Of a stretch of DNA of 64,000 bases, positions 52,640-64,000 are shown piece after piece (the first letter of the stretch is position 1; each line of letters starts with the position of its first letter). Origin of the DNA: Welwitschia mirabilis (taxonomy: Eukaryota); the NCBI GenBank assembly GCA_051453625.1, contig JBOZIK010000001.1:43416308-43480307 (forward strand). Direction: 5' to 3'. The position numbers were made by a program, and so were the translations under genes. Below the pieces are notes generated by a model. The model was not told the origin of the DNA. It saw only the letters and a list, made by a program, of their open reading frames with translations, and did not search any database.

Positions 52640-53420
52640 GTCCTTAATAAATCTTTTATAAAATCTCAGGATGACCAAGAAAGGATATTACTTGTTTAAC
52701 ATTAGTTAAAGAAGATAGATTCTTTATGATGTCTATCTTAGAAGGGTCCATTCTAATACCATTACAAGAAATGTGATGACCAAGTACAATCTCATTCCTA
52801 ATTAAGAAATAACTCTTCTCTTAGCTAATATGAAGGCCACTTTCTCTACAATAATTAAGGACTTTATCTAATCTCTTTAAAGTTTTTTCAAAAGAGTCAC
52901 TAAAGATAAAAACATTGTGCATAAAGATATCAATAGAATCCTTAATCATATCTAAGAAAATACTCATCATAACTCTTTGGAAGGTTTTCAAAGCATTAGA
53001 TAGGCCTAAAGGACATTCTTTTAAAGGTAGAAGTACCAAAAGGGGAGATGTAGTTTGTATGAGATTAATCTTCATTGGCAATGCAGACTTGGTTATAACC
53101 ACTATATCCATCAAGGAAGTAATAGTAAGTATGACCTTAAATCCTATCAAGAACATCATCAAAAAAATGTAAGGAAAAATAAACTTTCTTAATTACATCA
53201 TTTGGTTTTTTTAAAATAGTTGCATACTCACTAGTTTCCTCCCTTTTCAATTACTATAGAAAAAGGGCTAACACATTCACTATACAAAATCACATAAATG
53301 ATACCTGTATCCATAAGCTCAATGATTTCATCCTTGACTAGTTACTTAATAAAAGGATTAAATATTCTTTGAGATTGCCTAATGCGTTTAGCATTTCCTC
53401 TAGATAAATTTTGTGTTGAA
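52640..53420 (-). pseudogene. pol: Gypsy reverse transcriptase
   Basis: FLDGYSGYNQV; LSNALKTFQRVMMSIFLDMI; catalytic FMDD decayed to FMHN; VLGHHIS. Confidence 0.92.
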
Positions 53421-53929
53421 TAATATAAGGAGGAATAGCACTAAGATCTTTATGAATCTAAGTAAAAGCTTCTTATTTTGAAGTAAGATGTTGAATCAAG
53501 GATCTTTATTGGAATGGATGAAGTTGAAAACTGATTATAAATGTCTTATTAGGATTGTTATTCAAGAAAATGTATTTCAAACCATTTGGTAAGTCTTTAA
53601 GTTGAATATCATTTTCATCCTTCATAGCTGTAGAATACTCATATTATTGTAAAAGATTTTTAATGGATCTTATATCTTAAATATCATGATCAAGTAGGGG
53701 TTCAAAGCCTTCATAAGAATGACCATTAGAAGAGTGGATTAAGAGATCTTGATTAAGATTGCAAGGATTAAAGAAGTTTAATAATCTTTGATTAATAGAA
53801 GATTCCTTTTTATCGTCAAACAAGGTAGACACATGTAATAAAAGGAGTCTTTCTTCTAAAGGATGATGCTGAACTAACATAGAAGATCTAACCTTTTCTT
53901 CTATGTCTAATTTATCTTTCATGTCTTTA

Positions 53930-56242
53930 TTAGTGGTATTAAACACCTTAATACTAAATTTTTTGTTACCTATATGACACTTCGTCATCCTTGTGTGAGT
54001 ATCAATAATACAATGGGCTGTTGCACAAAAGGATCTTGCTAAAAGTAGAGGGTATATATCATTATGCTTGACCTCAATAATGACCACATCTATAGAGACA
54101 AAATACTCCTCAATTTAAACCACCATGTCATTGACTATCCCTCTAGATTTCTTGATTATTGCATTAGCCAATTCCAATACTATTTTAGTGGGTTTAATCC
54201 TCTCTTCTAATTCAAACTTTTTACAAATATTCAAAGGCATAATATTTATACTTGCTTCTATATCTATTAAGGCTTTCTTCATTTTCTTACTTTATTCCAA
54301 AATAACACAAAGGGTGGTTACCCAAAGATATTTAAAATTTGGACATTTTTGAGAAATCAAGTTAAAAAGGGATTGTGTAATGAATACTTTACTTGAAATT
54401 ATCTCCTTTTATTTTCTTTTGGCTAAGTCCTTTTAAATTTTACTATACTTGCGATTTTATTGAAGGATCTTATAAAAGGGTAGCTTAATAATGACATTAT
54501 TTATAAGTGCCTTCAAATACTCATCATAAGTTAGATTTGTGTTAAATATATCCATCCATGGATTAGTCTTCTTCTTTGAATGCTAGTTGTTATTGTTGAA
54601 TTTAGAGTTGAAAGTAGGAAAAAAGTTTAGTTAATAAAGAATTTCAACATCATCTTCTTAACGTACTTATTTATCTTTATGGAAAGATGTTAATGGTTCA
54701 TCATGGGGATTAGTGTCATGTTCACTTCTTATAACTACCTTTCAATCATTATTCACATCGTTTAATTTTGAAATAGTTTGAGTAATAAGTGACTCTTATG
54801 TCCTTTGAATCCCTAGCATGTCTTGTTAAAGGAGGCCAATTAAATTTTCTAAGTTCTTATTATGATTTATTATCTATAATTTCATGGTGATATCTTGTAT
54901 CTTTTTGAGTTCTACATTTATTTCCCTAAAAGAGTCATTTTTATTGTAGTTTAAAATTGGCCTAAAACTTATGACTTCTAAATGTGTTATTAAATAAGGA
55001 TTTGAAAGATATTAAAGGTCCATTATTTCATGGTGGATGTTGTTGATTACCTCCAAAGTTATTTGGTCTTTAATTAAATGGATAAACTTCATTGAATATG
55101 GCCTCTCTACAAGTTGGTAAAGTTGAGTATTCTTTGGTAGGATAAGAGTTTCCATTAAATATTTCAAAATGATTGAGTTGAGTAATTTTACATTAGTTAA
55201 TACTTTTGTGTAGATCTCAAAGGTACTATTAAGATCACTAAATATTGTGTTGATTTTTGGCTATTCTTCTTCATATTGCATGTTTTTCAAATCTCTAAGA
55301 ATTTCATGTATAATTATAATGTCTTTTCATGTAGTTTTAGGCTAATTTTAACATCTTTCTATAACATCTTCTAATACATTTCAAACATCATCTAAAGTAA
55401 AATTGAGTAAATTTCCACCACGTGAAAAATCTACCATCAATTTGATTTCACTATCTAATCCACTATAAAAGTAATAAATAAGTTCTTATTTTGAAAACTC
55501 ATTCATTAGATTAAATGATATTGATATAAAAGATTTTTCATATGTTGAGGAATTATTTTCATAAGGGTATTGTGGGAAATTGATTACTTCATTTCTTTGT
55601 ATCCTCATAAATGTCTCATTCATGAATTCTTCAATAAATATCTCTTTGTGTTTGATGCTTTTAAGCCAAATTTTCACTTTTTCTCTCAATACAAAGGGAA
55701 AGATGATCATGTAGGTTTTATCTAATGTTTCTTTTTTTAATAAAAGACATTTTTAAAAGTGAGGATGACTACTTCAATCTTAACTACGTATTAGAATGGG
55801 TTCTCATTAGGTTCTTTAGGAAAGGTGGGATAGGCATTCAAATTCTTTAACTTCATAACATCTTTGACAAGTACATCAAATGGATTTTGAAGTTCCCTTC
55901 TTTATTAGTTAACATATACTTTAGAGTAATGTTTGAACTAGCAGCTTCTAATATTTTATATAAAGATTTATTAAATGCCATATAAGTAGGAGAATTAGGA
56001 TGATTAGGTAAAGGAGGAAAGATAGGATTTTTATTAGAATTTGGTTGATTTTTAGAAATTTTTAGAGGTTTAGGAGTATGTAAATAAGAAATACTAAATG
56101 AAGAATAATTGTTTTTCTTAATTAAAAATAAACTTTTCTTTCTCACCTCAAATCCTTGAATTAAAATCCACCAAATATTTTAAATTACTTCTTCAAGAAA
56201 ACATCTTTCATGAGTGTGTTTGCTTTTATTGCTATTTACCAT
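53930..56242 (-). pseudogene. gag: Gypsy gag and protease of the full-pol element
   Basis: ATG at 56242; MIIFPFVLREKVKIWLK; YFYSGLD; KKALIDIEASINIMPL; YPLLLARSF. Confidence 0.85.
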
Positions 56243-56337
56243 TATCCTACAAGATCGAATTATGTTAAATAAACATATTTACATTTAAGTAGAAATAAGT
56301 TTTAGGATAACTCAAAGATGCAATAAGTAGAATATGT

Positions 56338-57702
56338 TGTTATGGTGTAAATTTATGTAATCCTGAAGTCCTTTAGATAAATCTATATATCAAATAACTT
56401 GCAGAAAAACACACGCTAGTAAAGATGGGAGTTCACCTGAATGTCATAATCCCAATGAATGCACTAGAATAAGAGTTAGAGAATTGCTTTTCAAGATATG
56501 TTGGGTCTTTTTATCTTATAAAAATTGAAAGTAAATAATAAAGTAAATGCAATGCAAGTAAATGGAAATGAAATGCAAATGTAAGTGAAATGAGTTCTAT
56601 TTGGTTTCTAATTCTTCTGTTATAATAACTAGTTCTCTATAATTCAAATTAATTAAGAAGATTACTTTACTTATTTCTAGCTAACATGAACTATGAGATA
56701 TACCAAGTATAATGAGGAATGCAATGCAAATGGAAATGGAATAACAATGCAATATAATACTAATAAAAGTTAACCTTAACAGAGGTTGTCCTTATGATCA
56801 AGATCAGTCATAGAATTACCACTTTAAACTATGATTAGTATAAACCATAAGGACATGTATAGAATTAAAATGAAAATACCAATTTTATTGATTTAAATAG
56901 TGATTGGATTAATTCAAGAACTTTGCATCCACTTACAATAGAATAGTATCATCTCAATGGAAGAGAATTAGTCTAACACCAAGAAGACCCCTTTCTGTAG
57001 CGACTGGATGGACCTCTTATTCTTCAATCTTCTATCAAAAGAATATTAGATATAAAAAGATAAATTAAAAGTAAGAAAAAGGGGAGTGTTTATAGTCTTA
57101 CATTATAATTTCTATAACCATAGCCCTAGAAGTTAGAGAAGAAACCCTAGTAGCCCAAGTGGGGTTCATGACCCCATTACAAGATAATTCAGTCCCGCTT
57201 ATATAAAATAGTTATTGTCCCCACTATTGTGGTGATGACACTAGGGATGATGCCCCATAATAATATATAAATCATCTATTTATAGCTTCATAATTGGCCC
57301 TGTGATTGGATTTAGATGTATTTTCATTTCTCATTCATGAAGACAACAGTGGAGACAACACCTCCTCAGAAACAGATCTCCATTGGCTCTAGGATCTAGT
57401 CCATGTTGCTATCACAATGTACCAATATAGTTCTATTGTCTCATCTATTATAGGGATGACAATGAGGATGATATTCTTCTAAATCTCCTCAAGTAAATCA
57501 ACTTAGCCTTTTTAATCATTAATCTTCCTCCAACATGTGAAGTATTAAAACATGTCTAAACTGCCTCTAATTATGCCAAGAATTATGTGTTTTTGTGATT
57601 ATCCTATTGACTCTCTATAAATAGCAAAATTGCATCAAAACCTATATAAATATCCTATACTTCAAATACACCATTGAATTCCTACAAATTGGCATTATAA
57701 CA
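56338..57702 (-). mobile_element. Athila-like 3' LTR inserted in the leader of the full-pol element
   Basis: TGTTATGGTG...CATTATAACA; PPT TAGTCCCCTACTTACC at 57703; no PBS on its left side. Confidence 0.8.
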
Positions 57703-60700
57703 TAGTCCCCTACTTACCCTTACAGTCCCTAACAAAGTCAGTGATCAACTATATTATGAGCCAATTTGACTAAGATAATCATCAATTAGAAAAATGGAAT
57801 TTGAGCTTAATTTTACCATGCAAAAATTATTAACATAAGTTTATTAACTAATATAATTACTACTATAATCATAATCCCTCTACTTAAACACATCTCNNNN
57901 NNNNNNNNNNNNNNNNNNNNNNNNNNNNNNNNNNNNNNNNNNNNNNNNNNNNNNNNNNNNNNNNNNNNNNNNNNNNNNNNNNNNNNNNNNNNNNNNNNNN
58001 NNNNNNNNNNNNNNNNNNNNNNNNNNNNNNNNNNNNNNNNNNNNNNNNNNNNNNNNNNNNNNNNNNNNNNNNNNNNNNNNNNNNNNNNNNNNNNNNNNNN
58101 NNNNNNNNNNNNNNNNNNNNNNNNNNNNNNNNNNNNNNNNNNNNNNNNNNNNNNNNNNNNNNNNNNNNNNNNNNNNNNNNNNNNNNNNNNNNNNNNNNNN
58201 NNNNNNNNNNNNNNNNNNNNNNNNNNNNNNNNNNNNNNNNNNNNNNNNNNNNNNNNNNNNNNNNNNNNNNNNNNNNNNNNNNNNNNNNNNNNNNNNNNNN
58301 NNNNNNNNNNNNNNNNNNNNNNNNNNNNNNNNNNNNNNNNNNNNNNNNNNNNNNNNNNNNNNNNNNNNNNNNNNNNNNNNNNNNNNNNNNNNNNNNNNNN
58401 NNNNNNNNNNNNNNNNNNNNNNNNNNNNNNNNNNNNNNNNNNNNNNNNNNNNNNNNNNNNNNNNNNNNNNNNNNNNNNNNNNNNNNNNNNNNNNNNNNNN
58501 NNNNNNNGTGTAATAATAATAGTTCATAAAATGATAATGTGTAAGTATAATTTGAGAAAGTAATGCTAAAACTGATGTGTAAAACTTAAGTAATAATAAT
58601 ATCAAATAATGATGCATGAAAAGTTCATTAATATTTTCTACAAGGACAAAGTAAAAGAGTAATCATGACATTCTTTTCCTTTAGATAATCTAAAACATAC
58701 TTGTTAAAAACTTAATGAGTATACTATTGTGCTCATACTAAATAAAGTTCATGAAATTTATTCAAGTAACATGAAATCATATCCAAATAACTAATTAGAA
58801 ATACATATTATGAAAGCTCAAATTGATCCTTTAAAATTTAAAAATTATAAAATTTTTTCTTAATATCACAGAAGAAAGCTTGAAGAGGTGCCCTATCCTA
58901 GAGGTAAAGCAAGACATCTTGGCTTGCACAAAGTAAAAATAATGACTATCATCCTATCTATCATGGGAATGATATATGTGGAACAACAGTGGAAAAATGA
59001 GATGACTAAATAAACTAGGAAAAATTTGAAAAAGTTTGAAAGCAAGCAAGTAGTCAAAAACCAGCAAAAAAACAAAAATATGATTAAAAAAAGTGAATAA
59101 ATATCTAGAAAAATGTGACCATAATGAAAGAGGCTTAAGAGACATAAGAATACATTAAGTAAAAAAAAGCAAGTCTTAGAATTATTCTACAAATGTATCC
59201 CAAACTCTATGAGGATTCAAGATGTGTAAGTGGATGTATGCAAAACCAAAAGAAAAAAGGAAAAACATTAGCATAAAACAAAAGGAATACCTTAATTAAA
59301 GTGAAAAAAAGTAATCAAAATAAAGTTCTTAAAAGAAAGATAACCCTTATAAACAAATATTAGGAGTGAAAATAAAAAGACAACTAAAAAATGACCAATT
59401 AATTAAGTCCCAATTATTGTGTGGAAAAGATACATAAATGGATTTAAAAATTTCAAATAAAACAACTAAGAAAAACATAATTAGAATGGATAAATAGAAA
59501 CATGAAGAACATTTCTGTCTTATCTAAAATTCCACCCTAGCAATGTTCCTTAGAAGAAATTATAAAATCATCTGATATTGATGCATGACATAACAAAAAA
59601 ATTCATAGAGATCCATTCAAATAGGCAATGATTATGATGATGTTAAGTATGTATAATGTTATTAAATAATGAATGATAAGATAAAAGGTTGTTAAAATAT
59701 GAACTTACAAGCTATCATCTCAATATAAAACTAGAATCTAAAAAAGTAAAGTGATTATGTGAAAGTACTATAAAAAAGTAAATAAAATGGATCTAGAAAA
59801 TAAGAAATTCCTCTGATGATGCTAGGTATATATCTAATCTCATAGCCTCTAAGTACAATTTTATTTTACCATGATGAGGAGAGTGAAACCATTGTCAGAG
59901 TAGTAAGGACCCATACAACATGACCAATTAACCCCCCAATGTAGTTCCCATAGCTACCATACCACACTGCCAAACGCCTCTCTTAGGNNNNNNNNNNNNN
60001 NNNNNNNNNNNNNNNNNNNNNNNNNNNNNNNNNNNNNNNNNNNNNNNNNNNNNNNNNNNNNNNNNNNNNNNNNNNNNNNNNNNNNNNAAAAGATATTAAA
60101 ATAGAAACTTACAAGTTATCATCTCAAAACAATAATAGAATCCAAAAAAGTAAATTCATCAAGTGGAAGTACTATCAATAAGTAAATAAAATGAGTTTAG
60201 AAAATAAGCAATGCCTCTGATAACACTAGAGAAATCATTGATATTATAGCCTCTAAGTACAATTTTATTTGACCATGATGAGGGAAGTGCAACCACTATC
60301 AGAGAAGTAAGGACCCATACAACATGGCCAACTGATCCCTCAGTGGAGTTCACATAGCTATCATATCACACTGTCAAAGGCCCCTCTCAAGAATACTGGC
60401 CCAGGTGTTCTTGTAGTAGGACATCATGGGGGTTATATAACATGAAAGAGTATGGCCTTTTTTGCTTTTCTTTCTTTCTTTAATTTTGCCTCTTTTTTCC
60501 TTCTTCTTCTTTTTTTTTTCTTTTTTTTAATGGAAATGAATCCACATGAACAATACTCATAAGGATAAAAGTAAAGTAATGAGATGAATAACAAGGAAGA
60601 ACATGCTAAAATAACTAATTACTCATACCATTAAAAGAAAATAAAAGAATCAAGACATATTTCTTTAAAATGAAGTTCATAGACATACGGATGTCTAAAG

Positions 60701-61030
60701 ATTGGATGAATCCAATCTTATCATTTAAAATGCCCAAGTAAAATATTTACTAATCATGGTAACTTCATAAAGTAAAATATTAATCAAGTAAAGATGTTTA
60801 AGTGATAACATGACATTTTCCAAAAGAATTAGCTAAAGAAAAATTTAGATAATGGTAAGGAAAAATCCAAGACAAGTGCTTCTATCATGTTTAAGGTTGA
60901 ATAAATAGATATGTTAATGATTTTTAATCTTTTATACATTAACTTTTGAATTTCCCAATGTTCAAGTTGAAGGTTTTATTTGAGCCATTTTAAGATATAA
61001 TTTTTCTAAAAGATAAGGAGATAGTCATTG
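57703..61030 (-). mobile_element. Athila-like 3' non-coding region with integrase tail (~60875-61030)
   Basis: Collinear with the reverse complement of 1170-3478; NGS...KRLKI...LNMIEAL tail. Confidence 0.75.
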
Positions 61031-61395
61031 AGAAGTTTAACTAGTTATGTAAAAAATAAACTCAGGTATTGTATTTTTCAAAAAAATAAGGGCTAAACCA
61101 AATAGAAATTAATTGATAAAACATAAAAGGTATGTAATCAGTTTGAAGTAAAATCAATTGGAGATAAAAAAAAGTAAGATGATAAAACTTTGATATAATA
61201 TTTTTTTAAATTAAACTAAGAGATAAAGAAGTGATAAATTTCATCGACAAATAATCTCTTATAAAAAAATTATAAAGCATGAGTATCATTAGATAATTCA
61301 TTCAAGGTACTACTCAAAGAATGAAGCCAAGAAGTTTTTAAGGGATTTTGAGAATGATGAATAAGATTTAGAAGCATCTTAAGATTCAACTCTAA

Positions 61396-62237
61396 GGCTA
61401 ATGCACTGATTAAAGATTTATTGAAGACCATCATTCACCTCATTATCTAGATAACAAGATGGATGATAATGCCAACATAAAGTTGACTAAGGTCTAACTG
61501 GAAGCTGATGTGGATTTGATCATAAGATGGAATCATCTCCTTTATCATCTGGATGACTGGTCGAACAACACTATTGTAATGCTTGCACTAAATGATTCAC
61601 CTTTTACCACTTGTATTTTGTTTTCTTTCTACATGGTCGTTAGGGTCTATCCATGTGTTTATGTTTGTACCATTTCATGTCTTGAGTCAATAAATAGAGG
61701 TCTCCTCCTTAATCCACTTTATCTTCATTTGCACCTAACATTCTCATAACAGGAGATTGAGGGATCGAAGAACCATCCTATAGTTTTAGAGAGATGTTTT
61801 CTTAGTGTTGGATGGAATTTCCTCCATTGAGGTTTGATTACTTTGTAATACAGATGTGGTGTGATTTTAAATATAAAACATTTCTTATCATGCTTTAATG
61901 CATCAATGATCTTCTTCCTTATATCTTATGTTGCTTGAGATCTGATGACAGTTTCTATTGTAATATAGGTTACAAGGGCAACCTTAGGTGCATTGTTATT
62001 TTATTTTCATAGATTAGCCTTATACCGCTGTCTTTCATTACATTTTCATGCATTGCAAGTTATTTTTATAGGTTAGGTTACAGTTTTTCTCTCTTAAAAG
62101 TAACTCTCTTATTTTCATATTTTAGCCTTTGATGGATTAGGACATTTGGATAACTTCCATATCTATTAGTGTGTTGTGTTTGTGATTAATAAGATTCTAC
62201 TCAGGATGTAGACATTGCATAAATACATACCACAACA
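61396..62237 (+). mobile_element. 5'-truncated Athila-like LTR
   Basis: Reverse-complement homolog of 28809-29690; ends GCATAAATACATACCACAACA. Confidence 0.85.
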
Positions 62238-62688
62238 AAGAGTCAAAGTAGAATCCCATCTCATTTATAATATAATAAATCATAACTCAATAAATGTATG
62301 GCTTTCTTATGGATATGGAGAAAAAGATCATAGGTAGGATGATTAAGTAGATGAGTAGCTTAAATTTCAGAATAATGGAGTTGATGAAAGAACTAAATGA
62401 GAGGATGATAGCCACTAAGAAGAGAGTGTTTTGGATGAAGTAGAGAATTACAATTGATCTTCTAGAGATGATGTACATATAGCATGTACAAATGAAAATA
62501 GCCATATGTAAGCATTGGAGCTTTTTCTTTCCTATGGAATAAGAGTGCATACCATCTCCTCTACCATACTCTTAACTTATAAAAATTAAGTTCCATATAT
62601 TAAATTGAGATAAATGATTATATGATTAGTTTATATTATATTAGAAGATTTTGCTTATATGAGGTATTCAAAATTATATTTTCATTAT

Positions 62689-62711
62689 ATATCTATATAT
62701 ATATATATATA
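62689..62711. repeat. (TA)n microsatellite (another at ~38209-38226)
   Basis: Direct observation. Confidence 0.9.
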
Positions 62712-64000
62712 GATTTTGAGTAAATTCTTTATGTTATGAGTGATTTAAATTCCTTAGTATATCACAGAAATTGTTATAGGATTTCACAGTATCACAAGGA
62801 TTTAATTACATGTCAAAGATGTTTAAAAGATTATAAGAATAAAAAAATTAACTATTAAGTATGTCATTCGTCATATCATCTAGATGACTCTATAAGGATT
62901 AAACTTAATTTTTTTTCTTATTTTCTATATATAACCTTGCATTCAAAAATCTAGAAATTTGGGTCAACATGCTAAGTACTTGAAACTTAGTTATATCTCA
63001 TTTCAGTAATTATTTTTCTATGTTAATTTATATCAATAATATATTACCCCCTTTCCTTATTAGAAACTAATAAATTCTAGGTGAGTGCTATGTTATGAGA
63101 TCAAATTGATTGTATTTGATAATATTATAAGTATGTTTTAAGATTGATTAATAGGTTAATGAGGAAGTTTATGATTACTATATGTGATAATAAGATAACC
63201 AAATTTAATGTGATAATGAAATACTTAAGGAATAAATTCAAGGTATTATGGGATCTTAAAAGGTAGAGGAAACTAGGGATGATGATCAAAGTAGAGAATG
63301 AAGGAAAAGACATATCATCTATTAGGTCACACAGATAATAGAAGGAAGATGATAGTTAAGGAATAAATCATCTTTAAAGATGTATCATTCACACTATTAT
63401 TCGAATCATACACAATAATGACTGATAGTTGAATAAGGATAATTAATAAGAAATATTATTTAACTATCATCTAGATTATACTATAGAAAAAGGATAATTA
63501 ACAAGAGATGTTATCCAATGTATTCGTTGGATGAAATAATCAAATGACTATTAGCAAAGCAACATCAAACTATCAAGTGTCATGTGTTCATAGGTAGTTA
63601 AATTATCATCTATCATGGTGTTTAGATAATACAATTGAATAATACTTAATTATTTATTAAAAAAGAATCATTAAAAAAGAATCATCCTTATAATAAAGAT
63701 TATTTTTTATCATTTCCTTTCAAATAATACCTTTTAGCCTAACTAATCATTGACTCTAAACTATAAATAAACTTTCTTAGACATTATTTTATCATCTTTG
63801 CTACATCTTAATCTTATGATGAGTTGAACATTAAAGGGTAAGTCATTCATCTTGTATTACAATGAAGGTATTATCAGTGTTAGGCTATGATCTCTCCATT
63901 AAGAAGCTTTTTATTATAAGTAAATGAAAAATAATTTGATCAACTTACTAAAGATTAATTAAATTATGTTTTTTCTATTAAATTCTCTCATTTTCCTTAT

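Noticed and set aside
56338..57702. 5' LTR of the full-pol element
   Set aside because: No PBS between it and gag, and a PPT on its other side; it is the 3' LTR of a different inserted element
210..58617. Long ORFs made mostly of X (e.g. 210-1019, 20562-21013, 29906-30407, 49127-49489, 57880-58617)
   Set aside because: Artefacts of translating N-gaps
59811..59890. CTGATGA...GAAA as a hammerhead ribozyme core
   Set aside because: No flanking stems visible, and CTGATGA is not conserved in the other copies
60286..60352. Short words shared with plant 5S rRNA on the - strand (GAACTCC, ATGGGT, GTTGCAC), suggesting a Cassandra-like 5S insert
   Set aside because: Spacing and intervening bases do not match 5S, and the block is not in the LTR; a cmscan against the 5S model would settle it
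59690..60390. Biological tandem duplication of the 3' block (likewise the overlap 20547-20623 vs 20965-21040)
   Set aside because: Both repeats straddle N-gaps and cannot be distinguished from scaffold joins between different copies

Overview
Very AT-rich, CpG-depleted, plant-type heterochromatic DNA from a gapped draft scaffold (10 N-runs, five of them exactly 100 N). I find no intact host gene, RNA gene or CRISPR array. Most of the window is a nested pile of decayed LTR retrotransposons. (1) A Ty1/copia element of Sirevirus (SIRE/Maximus) type on + at ~4.7-11.5 kb, present as two diverged gag-pol copies. (2) About 18 whole or partial LTRs of Ty3/gypsy Athila-like elements (~1.05-1.35 kb LTRs, tRNA-Asp PBS, PPT), mostly on the - strand. 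These include one copy with a full decayed gag-PR-RT-RH-IN (50.8-56.2 kb), two copies that keep only gag+protease, and a solo LTR with a perfect AGCCA target-site duplication. The 30-39 kb interval holds weaker relics: possible Mutator-like transposase pieces and a possible endogenous caulimovirid movement-protein fragment. All coding regions are pseudogenised, largely by C>T / G>A changes. The most interesting signals are a conserved GC-richer block in the Athila 3' non-coding region, a conserved 5'-leader intron, a dispersed ~40-bp hairpin motif, the gag+PR-only derivatives and the candidate viral relic. I see no well-supported novel multi-gene system. All family calls are by eye from motifs, and boundaries marked approximate may be off by tens of bases.
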